A DNA stretch of 62,790 bases, the filler included, from an uncultured Methanosarcinales archaeon (GTDB lineage: Archaea > Nanobdellota > Nanobdellia > Woesearchaeales > CAYXTQ01), in assembly GCA_964608065.1 (NCBI GenBank). It is 8 parts of 8 records of this genome, joined end to end, with 100 filler letters (N's around TTAATTAATTAA, not from the genome) between each part and the next. Parts side by side here need not be neighbours in the genome. Positions count along the whole stretch, not along the records: positions 8,244 to 16,367 come from CAZSMA010000068.1; positions 16,468 to 24,438 come from CAZSMA010000069.1; 6 more parts are not named here. One strand, written 5' to 3'. This document shows, piece after piece, positions 9,282 to 16,558 of the stretch (the first letter of the stretch is position 1; the number at the start of each line of letters is the position of its first letter). A model generated the notes under the pieces. That model was not told the DNA's origin. It made no database searches and saw only the letters and a list, made by a program, of their open reading frames with translations. Both the position numbers and the translations under genes were made by a program.

Positions 9282-10687
9282 ATGATAAAAACATAATGAA
9301 AAAAAGGGAAAACGAAAAGGATGAAAAAATGAATGAAAAAGAATTCAAAGTTATTTTGCAAGAAGGGGAAGGGCTTAAAATAGAATTCAAAGAATCTTTT
9401 GATAAGTCCATTGCTAAAGATATCGTAGCTTTTGCTAATTCTACAGGAGGAAGAATTTTCTTAGGGATTACTGACAAAAGAATTGTTAAAGGGATTGAAA
9501 TAACAAATAAGCTGAAATCACAGATTCAGGATTTGGCTAATAATTGTGATCCTTCGATTAAAGTTGAATTAAAGCAACTGGAGGATATTTTAATTATTGA
9601 AATTAAAGAAGGGAAAGATAAACCTTACAAATGCAGGGATGGTTTTTACCTAAGAGAAGGAGCCAACTCTAAAAAATTATCACGTAATGAACTATTAAAG
9701 CTAGTTGTTGGCTTAGGAAAAGTTAAATTCGATGAACAAATAAACAATGACTTTAATTTTCCTAATGACTTTGATAAAGAGAGATTTTCAGAATTCCTGA
9801 AAAAAATGGGTATTTCTAAAGTTATTTCTACAAAAGAGATTCTAACCAATCTTTCTCTTGGAGCCTCTATAGATAAAAGATTTAGATTAAACAATGCTGG
9901 TATTTTGTTATTTGCGAAAAACCCTGAAAGATTTATTAGGCAAAATTTTATTAGTTGTGTTTTGTATAAGGGCAAAGAAAGATTGAAGATTATTGACAGG
10001 AAAGATTTCAAGAATGATTTATTAACAAATTATGAAGATGGAATCAGCTTTCTTAAACAGCATCTAAGAGTAGAGTATATTATAAAAGGGACAGGGCCAA
10101 GAGAAGAAAAATTTGAATTGCCTGAAGAAGCATTAAGAGAATCTTTGCTCAATGCAATCATTCACAGAGACTATTTTGAAAAAGGATTTGGAATCTTTGT
10201 AGAAATTTTTGATGATAGGTTAGAAATAACTAATAAAGGAAAACTGCTTTTTGACAAAAAGAAATTAGGAAAGATAAGTTTTCCAAGAAATCCAATCCTT
10301 TTTGACGTTTTCTACAGAATTGGCTTAATTGAAAAAGTAGGTAGTGGAATAAATAGGATCAAGAGTTTAATTAAAAAAAGAGGACTGGAAGTCAGATTTA
10401 AGATAGATGATTTTTTCAGAGTTGTTTTCTATAGGTCTGGGGTAAGCAAAGCAAAAGACACTGTAAAAGACACTGTAAAAGACACTGTAAAATTGTTATC
10501 TAAAAATGAAAGGCTTATTTTAGAAGAGATGAGGAAAAATCCTAAGATTACGTCAGAAGAATTATCGCATTTACTAAACATAAACATCAGGAATACAAAG
10601 AAGAATATTGAAAAATTGAAACAAAAAGATTTGCTAAGAAGAATTGGAAGTGCAAAAGGAGGACATTGGGAAGTCACTGAAAAATGA
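9278..10687 (+). CDS. Schlafen/AlbA_2 + HATPase_c_4 + wHTH protein (copy 1)
   Basis: EFKES..AFANSTGG..EALRESLLNAIIHRDY..EKVGSG..IGSAKGGHW; 12-bp tandem repeat (DTVK)x3. Confidence 0.9.
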   Translation: MNDKNIMKKRENEKDEKMNEKEFKVILQEGEGLKIEFKESFDKSIAKDIVAFANSTGGRIFLGITDKRIVKGIEITNKLKSQIQDLANNCDPSIKVELKQLEDILIIEIKEGKDKPYKCRDGFYLREGANSKKLSRNELLKLVVGLGKVKFDEQINNDFNFPNDFDKERFSEFLKKMGISKVISTKEILTNLSLGASIDKRFRLNNAGILLFAKNPERFIRQNFISCVLYKGKERLKIIDRKDFKNDLLTNYEDGISFLKQHLRVEYIIKGTGPREEKFELPEEALRESLLNAIIHRDYFEKGFGIFVEIFDDRLEITNKGKLLFDKKKLGKISFPRNPILFDVFYRIGLIEKVGSGINRIKSLIKKRGLEVRFKIDDFFRVVFYRSGVSKAKDTVKDTVKDTVKLLSKNERLILEEMRKNPKITSEELSHLLNINIRNTKKNIEKLKQKDLLRRIGSAKGGHWEVTEK

Positions 10688-12039
10688 ATGATAAAAACAT
10701 AATGAAAAAAAGGGAAAACGAAAAAACAGAATTCAAAGAGTCACTACATCTAAAAGACGAGATAGGAATAGCTGTATCAGCGTTTGCAAACAAAAAAGGC
10801 GGCAGATTAATTATAGGTGTAAGTGATGATGGTAAAGTTAAAGGGATACAATCCGGAAAAAATACAATAGAAGAATTAGCCAATTATATTAAAATAAATA
10901 CAGACCCAAAAATATATCCTACTATACAATCTGAAGATAGATTAATAATAATAGAAGTTAAAGAATCCAGTGAAAAACCGGTTTTCTTCAAGGGAACTGC
11001 CTATATTAGGATAGGCAAAAGCAGCCATAAGCTAAGTTCATCTGAAATAAGGAGATTAGTAAAAGAAAGCAAAAAGAGTTATTGGGACGAACAACCTTGT
11101 GAAGAATCCAGCTTAGAAGATATCGATAATAGTAAAGTAAGATGGTACTTAGAGCAAAGGGAAAAGCACAGAAATGTATCTAAAAAAATTAAAATTTCAT
11201 TGAATAAATTTTTGGAGAATATTAAAGCTGTTAAAGATAGAACATTAACAAATGCCGGTATTTTATTCTTTGGAAAAAATCCTTTGATAAAGATATCTTG
11301 TGCTCAGCTTAGACTTGTAAAAATAAAAGGAAGGGAAATAAGCGGAACAATTCTTGATAGATTAGACTGCAACGGAACTTTATGGGAAATGGTTGAGCAA
11401 GCTGAGAATTTTCTAAAGGAGCATATTAATTTCATGGGTTTTAGAACTGCAAAAAGTTTCCAGAGAGAGGATAAGTTCGATATTCCAATTGAAGCTTTAA
11501 GAGAGCTGATAATCAATGCTTTGATACATAGAGACTATGAAACAACTGCAGATGTTAGAGTATTTGTTTTTGACGACAGAGTTGAGATAATCAATCCAGG
11601 CAGTTTCCCAAAAGGAGTGACTCCAAAGATGCCTTTGCACAAACCTGTGAATAAAGTGCTTTCACAGTACATGTATGACATAGGTTTTATTGAAAAATAT
11701 GGCTCAGGAATAGTTAATGTAAGATCCCTGTTAAAGGAAAATGGGAACAGAGATTTAGAATACGTTCTTCATGAGATTGAGACAAAAGCAATTGTTTATT
11801 CCCAGATTGACTATACTGAAAAGGTCACTGAAAAGGTCACTGAAAAGGTCACTGAAAACCAAAGAAAGATCCTCAACAGCATACTCAAAGATAAAACAAC
11901 AACTATCAAGGAAATGTCTAGGATAGTAGGTATTTCAGAGAGGAAAATCAAGGAGAATATTTCCAAATTAAAGAAAAAAAAGGTGCTTAAGAGGATTGGC
12001 TCTGCAAAAGGAGGACATTGGGTTGTTTTAAAACAATGA
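10684..12039 (+). CDS. Schlafen/AlbA_2 + HATPase_c_4 + wHTH protein (copy 2)
   Basis: EFKES..AFANKKGG..EALRELIINALIHRDY..EKYGSG..IGSAKGGHW; (TEKV)x3 repeat. Confidence 0.9.
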   Translation: MNDKNIMKKRENEKTEFKESLHLKDEIGIAVSAFANKKGGRLIIGVSDDGKVKGIQSGKNTIEELANYIKINTDPKIYPTIQSEDRLIIIEVKESSEKPVFFKGTAYIRIGKSSHKLSSSEIRRLVKESKKSYWDEQPCEESSLEDIDNSKVRWYLEQREKHRNVSKKIKISLNKFLENIKAVKDRTLTNAGILFFGKNPLIKISCAQLRLVKIKGREISGTILDRLDCNGTLWEMVEQAENFLKEHINFMGFRTAKSFQREDKFDIPIEALRELIINALIHRDYETTADVRVFVFDDRVEIINPGSFPKGVTPKMPLHKPVNKVLSQYMYDIGFIEKYGSGIVNVRSLLKENGNRDLEYVLHEIETKAIVYSQIDYTEKVTEKVTEKVTENQRKILNSILKDKTTTIKEMSRIVGISERKIKENISKLKKKKVLKRIGSAKGGHWVVLKQ

Positions 12040-12173
12040 TTAATAAAACAATAAGGCAAGGATTTGTATTGTTTTTCCTAGTTCTTGCTTTAGTTTCCTC
12101 TGTAAAAGCAGTTTCAGTTTCACATACAGCAACTGCTATTTACAATAGAGCTAATAAGGAAAAAGGTGAATAA
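12036..12173 (+). pseudogene. Orphan signal-peptide mini-ORF (45 aa), paralog of the N-terminus of the 14042 secreted protein
   Basis: MINKTIRQGFVLFFLVLALVSSVKAVSVSHTATAIYN...; 24 bp identical to 14134-14157. Confidence 0.75.
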
Positions 12174-13226
12174 ATGAAAAAAGCAGTAAAAAAAAAGTAT
12201 AATAAAATATTCAGAAATATAGTAAATCACATTGAACAATCAAAACTAAGAGCTTTTGCTGAAATAAATAAGGCGCTTTTACATGCTTATTGGAACATAG
12301 GAAGGGAACTAAGCAAAAACGTTTCTTATGGAAAATCGGTTGTGGATAAGTTATCCAGAGATTTGAGATTAAAATACCCTCGTGCTAGAGGTTATTCTAT
12401 CAGAAACTTATGGAATATGAAGAGATTTTATGAGAGTTACCAAAAACTCCAGTCACTGTCTGGAGAATCTAAAAAACTGCAGGCACTGCCTGCAGAATTG
12501 CTTCAGGTCTCATGGACAAATCATGTACTCATACTAGATAAGACAAGCTCGGATGAAGAAAAGCAATTTTATTTAAAGATGTGCCTAAAGGAAAGATGGA
12601 GTTCAAGGGGGTTGGAACGTCAACTTGATTCCTCATTATTTGAAAGATACATGCTCGCAGACAAGCCAGAAAAAGTAACTGCATTAATACCAAAACATGA
12701 AACTAAAGATCTAAGCAAACATTTCAAAGATGAATATGTTTTGGAATTCTTAAACCTAAGAAAAGAATATTCAGAACAAGAGCTTGAAAAATCAATTTTA
12801 GATAACCTTAGAGATTTCTTTCTAGAGTTTGGAAAATCATTTACTTTTGTTGGTTCACAGTATGTCATTGATATTGGAAGAAGAGAAAACAAAATTGACT
12901 TATTATTTTACCATAGGGAACTAAGGTGTTTAGTAGCAGTTGACCTTAAAATTGGAGATTTTAAAGCTTCATATGTAGGTCAGATGCAAAAATATCTTGC
13001 AGCTCTAGATGAAAAAATAAGACTATCTGAAGAAAAGGAAAGTGTTGGTTTAATACTTTGCAAATCCAAAAATCATGAAGAGGTAAGATTTACTCTTGCT
13101 AAGACACTATCACCTGTAAAAGTTGCAACCTACAAAACAAAGTTGCCTGACAGGAAATTGATAATCAAAAGGTTAGAACAATTTAAGATTAAAGATGATG
13201 ATTTTATTAAAAAAAAAAAAGGTTGA
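12174..13226 (+). CDS. YhcG/DUF1016 family PD-(D/E)xK nuclease-domain protein
   Basis: AYWNIG..RNLWNMKRFY..SWTNH..KDEYVLEFL..IDLLFYHRELRCLVAVDLK..GQM..GLILCK. Confidence 0.93.
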   Translation: MKKAVKKKYNKIFRNIVNHIEQSKLRAFAEINKALLHAYWNIGRELSKNVSYGKSVVDKLSRDLRLKYPRARGYSIRNLWNMKRFYESYQKLQSLSGESKKLQALPAELLQVSWTNHVLILDKTSSDEEKQFYLKMCLKERWSSRGLERQLDSSLFERYMLADKPEKVTALIPKHETKDLSKHFKDEYVLEFLNLRKEYSEQELEKSILDNLRDFFLEFGKSFTFVGSQYVIDIGRRENKIDLLFYHRELRCLVAVDLKIGDFKASYVGQMQKYLAALDEKIRLSEEKESVGLILCKSKNHEEVRFTLAKTLSPVKVATYKTKLPDRKLIIKRLEQFKIKDDDFIKKKKG

Positions 13227-13235
13227 AAACTTAAT

Positions 13236-13385
13236 ATGAAATTTAAACTAAACAGAGGACTTGTATTGTTTTTCCTAGTTCTTGCTTTAGTCTCCTCTGT
13301 AAAAGCAGTATCAGTTTCACACCCAGCATCTGCTGTTTATAATATACCTAAAGAAAAAATGGTGAAAAATGCATATAGAAGTTGA
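13236..13385 (+). pseudogene. Second orphan signal-peptide mini-ORF (49 aa)
   Basis: MKFKLNRGLVLFFLVLALVSSVKAVSVSHPASAVYN...; 80/88 nt identical to 12060-12147. Confidence 0.75.
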
Positions 13386-13903
13386 TCAAAGCGGAAAAAT
13401 TGAAGACTATTTAGATACTGTTGTAGCTTTTAGAAATAAAGAACAATACACAGTTTTACTAAAAAGGAAAATTAAAAACGAAATTTTAACTGAATATAGA
13501 AATAAACACAAAGATATTCACTATAGATTATTTGCAATTCTTATCNNNNNNNNNNNNNNNNNNNNNNNNNNNNNNNNNNNNNNNNNNNNNNNNNNNNNNN
13601 NNNNNNNNNNNNNNNNNNNNNNNNNNNNNNNNNNNNNNNNNNNNNTATCATTGTATTAAGAATTATCAGGATAAAGTCCAATTAATTGTAATTGATGATG
13701 AATATGAAAAAAGAGGAATTGACATTAAAAAACACCTTCTAAGATTCATTTGGAAAGATTATCCTAACTTTGACAAGAAGTTGATTAGGTTTTCCAGGAT
13801 TGGGAAAAAATCTAATGCCCACAGATTGGCATATCAGACATTTATTGGTAAATTAGCTCCAAACAAAATCATAACTGCAGATGAGGTTAAGAAATTAATA
13901 TGA
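13369..13903 (+). CDS. Putative RNase H-fold / DUF3800-like protein (spans an internal N gap)
   Basis: N-terminal IEVDQSG (cf. hYhDESG), central IVIDDEY, C-terminal KSNAHRLA; N gap 13546-13644. Confidence 0.55.
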
Positions 13904-13909
13904 GATTAA

Positions 13910-14006
13910 GAAAAAATCAGGGGATGTTACATAGTAACATAGTATACGCCTACAGCGAGTCTAGCAGATGCTTTCTCACAGTCAGCGCAGCACCCATCAT
14001 ACTACC
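13910..14006 (-). ncRNA. Candidate small structured RNA, convergent with the DUF3800-like gene
   Basis: GC-enriched ~90-nt island; minus-strand TTTATATA box at 14030-14023; ATGTTAC/GTAACAT hairpin; ends in a T-run. Confidence 0.4.
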
Positions 14007-14041
14007 AACAAAGAATAACTACTATATAAATTTTACTAAAA

Positions 14042-16367
14042 ATGGTTAATAAAAACAAGGCTAAGATATTGCAGATTTTCACTAAACATATTCCTATAGT
14101 TCTGATAGTATTAACACTACTACCTCATGCTCTAGCAGTTTCAGTTTCACATACAGCTTCAAACATTTACAATGGAACATTTTCAGGAGGAAACTATTAT
14201 TTCCCTGTAAATTTAACAGTTGACACTAGTGATTTACATGTTGATGGTACTGGTGGTGCTGTTGGTATTGGAACTGTAGAGCCAAAGTCAGGATTTAAGT
14301 TAGATGTAAGAGGTGCAATAATTGCTTCAGGTGAAAGTAATTTAAGCTTAGGCTGCGGCAACATAACAGGAGCTACAAGTGATTTATGTACTTTAGTTGA
14401 TACTGGTGGAAGTGGTATTACAAATGGAACAGATGCTACTTTCGCTAAAGTTAACATGACTGAACTAAATGTAACTGGCTTATGTGTTGCAGAAGACTCA
14501 TTAATAACAATGGAAGATGGAACTAAAAAAATAATAACAGAAATTAAACCAGGAGAGCAAGTTTTAAGCTTAGATGAAAAAACAAATAAAATTGTTTCAA
14601 ACAAAGTTAAAGCATTACTGGATATGGACATAAAGCCTGTCTTCAACCTTACAACCAAATCAGGAAGATCAGTAAAAACAACTGGAAACCACCCATATTT
14701 AACTCCAGAAGGGTGGGTGAAAGTAACTGAGTTAAATGTTGGTGATGAAATAGCAGTTCCAGAATTAGTGGGCTTGACGAGCGAAGCGAGGAAACCCACG
14801 AAGGTGCCAGCTGACTTCTCAGCTGCTGGAAACCACCCATATTTAACTCCAGAAGGGTGGGTGAAAGTAACAGAATTAAGCATTGGAACAAAAATTGCAG
14901 TACCTAAAATAGAAAACAATCATTTAAGAAACTTTACGGTTGCGGAGTCTCTGAAATTTGCAAAGCAAATTTCTGAGAAACCAGAAATCAGCAAAGCTGA
15001 TTTCTCAGTTCAACGTAAAGGTTTAGAAACCACTTTAGTGGTGCCAGAAGCTTTGCTTCTAAGCATCTATGATTTCAAAAACATATCAACTAATTCAGGA
15101 GTAGAATACACCTTAACAGCATCCTGCTTTTTGAAATCATCCTCTCTTGACCAAATTGCACAACCTAAATGCAAAGCTAATGCAAAATACGGAATATCTT
15201 TGCTGTGTGGCGCTAATTTCTCTGCTTTGGATTGCAGTTCAGGAGAGAATTTGTATATCGGAAATATCTCAACTCTTTGTTTAAGAATTTCAAACTCCTC
15301 TCTAATTTTGGACTCTGTAGAACCGCAAATCTTAGCCATTGTTCCTGCATTCTTATTAAACTCCTTAATCAGATATGGCAATGCAACTAATCTCAACTTG
15401 TCTTCAAAAAATAAATCATTAGTCTTGCCCTTGCCAATAATAGCTGCAAATAAAACAGTAGCATCTACAACTAATTCCATTTATTTTGCCTCACGAAAGC
15501 TTTTAGCTACTGCTTCAGAAATCTTATCAGTAAACTCTTTAGCATCTTCATCTGAGATTTTAATTTTGGATGAAAGCGTTTTAAGCCTCCTTAACTTTTC
15601 AGCTTTATCAAATATTGCTCTCCTAGCTACCTCAGACCAATCCAGCTTAAACTCGTGCATACTTTTCTCTAATTCATCTGGTACAGATATTGTTATTGTT
15701 CCCATTTTAATATCACCAGAGCATAATAATGAAAATGACTATTTAAATGTTATGGAAAACAATAATATCAATTTAAAAGATAATAATCCCACCCACCCAC
15801 CCCAAACCACATCCTTAATAGCAATATCAACATTGGAGCAAAGCGATATCTCTTTGAAATCAGAGATTTCTGATGTCTTCTGGGATGAAATTACAAGTAT
15901 AGAATACATCGGAGAGGAGCACGTCTATGACTTAATGATAGAAAACACCCATAACTTTATTGCAAACGATATTATTGCTCATAATACATATATTAGTGAT
16001 AATGCAAGCTTTGACAGCGGAACATTATATGTAGATGCAGCAGATAATAGGGTCGGCATCGGGACGACTAGTCCTGATGCCATATTAGAAATAGTAGGTG
16101 TAAATAGTTTAGACCCAATTCTTTTAGATAAGGGAACTGGAGAAACTGGAATTAAGTTTACTTTTGATGGAACAAACTATGTTAGTTATATTAGGACGGT
16201 TGAGGCAGGTACAATCGCAGATAATTATATGACTTTTGGTGTTTCTCAAGGTGCTAATACAAATTCTTTAGAAGTGATGAGGTTAAAAGGCGACGGCAAC
16301 GTCGGCATCGGCACAACAGCTCCAAAATCTTTATTACAAGTTGAAGATGGTAATGTAACATTTAACA
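14042..16367 (+). CDS. Large secreted/surface protein with VGIGT (tail-fibre-like) repeats and an intein; 3' truncated
   Basis: Signal peptide ending ALA|VS; three (G/N)xVGIGT repeats; many NxT sequons; intein at aa 148-648. Confidence 0.85.
15067..15480 (-). CDS. PIN-domain (VapC-like) toxin nested antisense in the intein
   Basis: LVVDATVLFAA..E..KDIPYFALAL..IWSREDDFKKQ..VYSTPEL. Confidence 0.88.
   Translation of the reverse strand: MELVVDATVLFAAIIGKGKTNDLFFEDKLRLVALPYLIKEFNKNAGTMAKICGSTESKIREEFEILKQRVEIFPIYKFSPELQSKAEKLAPHSKDIPYFALALHLGCAIWSREDDFKKQDAVKVYSTPELVDMFLKS
15481..15705 (-). CDS. CopG/RHH-type (VapB-like) antitoxin nested antisense in the intein
   Basis: MGTITISVPDEL..DWSEVARRAI; TAA directly abuts the toxin ATG; GGTGA RBS at 15717-15713. 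Confidence 0.88.
   Translation of the reverse strand: MGTITISVPDELEKSMHEFKLDWSEVARRAIFDKAEKLRRLKTLSSKIKISDEDAKEFTDKISEAVAKSFREAK
15740..15755 (-). promoter_or_regulatory. TATA promoter of the nested TA operon
   Basis: Minus-strand AACATTTAAATA, same as promoter-like motifs at ~42197 and ~44596. Confidence 0.6.
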
Positions 16368-16558
16368 NNNNNNNNNNNNNNNNNNNNNNNNNNNNNNNNN
16401 NNNNNNNNNNNTTAATTAATTAANNNNNNNNNNNNNNNNNNNNNNNNNNNNNNNNNNNNNNNNNNNNATATAACAACTAATATATAAAACTTTCGGTTGT
16501 TATATAGAGAAAAAAAAAAAAACAATAATCAAATTCAATAATAATAAAAGAAGGAATA

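Larger units (their letters stand above)
14483..15985 (+). mobile_element. Intein (501 aa) without a homing endonuclease, carrying an antisense TA operon
   Basis: Block A CVAEDSLITMEDG; block B TTGNHPY (duplicated); block F/G HVYDLMIENTHNFIANDIIAHN followed by Thr+1; spliced junction reads LNVTGL|TYISD. Confidence 0.92.

Noticed and set aside
10453..11858. 12-bp tandem repeats in both AlbA_2 genes (DTVK x3, TEKV x3)
   Set aside because: Such short repeats before the wHTH are common in this family; no spacers, so not CRISPR.
13917..14001. Calling the small RNA a canonical C/D box guide
   Set aside because: Box C is imperfect (ATGATGG) and the spacers are very unequal; kept only as an unclassified RNA candidate.
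12036..14173. Possible CRISPR array or classical attC integron
   Set aside because: Repeats are ~90 bp, protein-coding and separated by whole genes; no attC-like hairpin, cas gene or integrase seen.
14197..14919. 240-aa antisense ORF over the intein N-terminus, and many similar shadow ORFs (e.g. 45715-46437, 17247-17798, 62015-62467)
   Set aside because: No family motifs, RBS or promoter; they arise in the easily open antisense frame, unlike the TA genes, which have all three.
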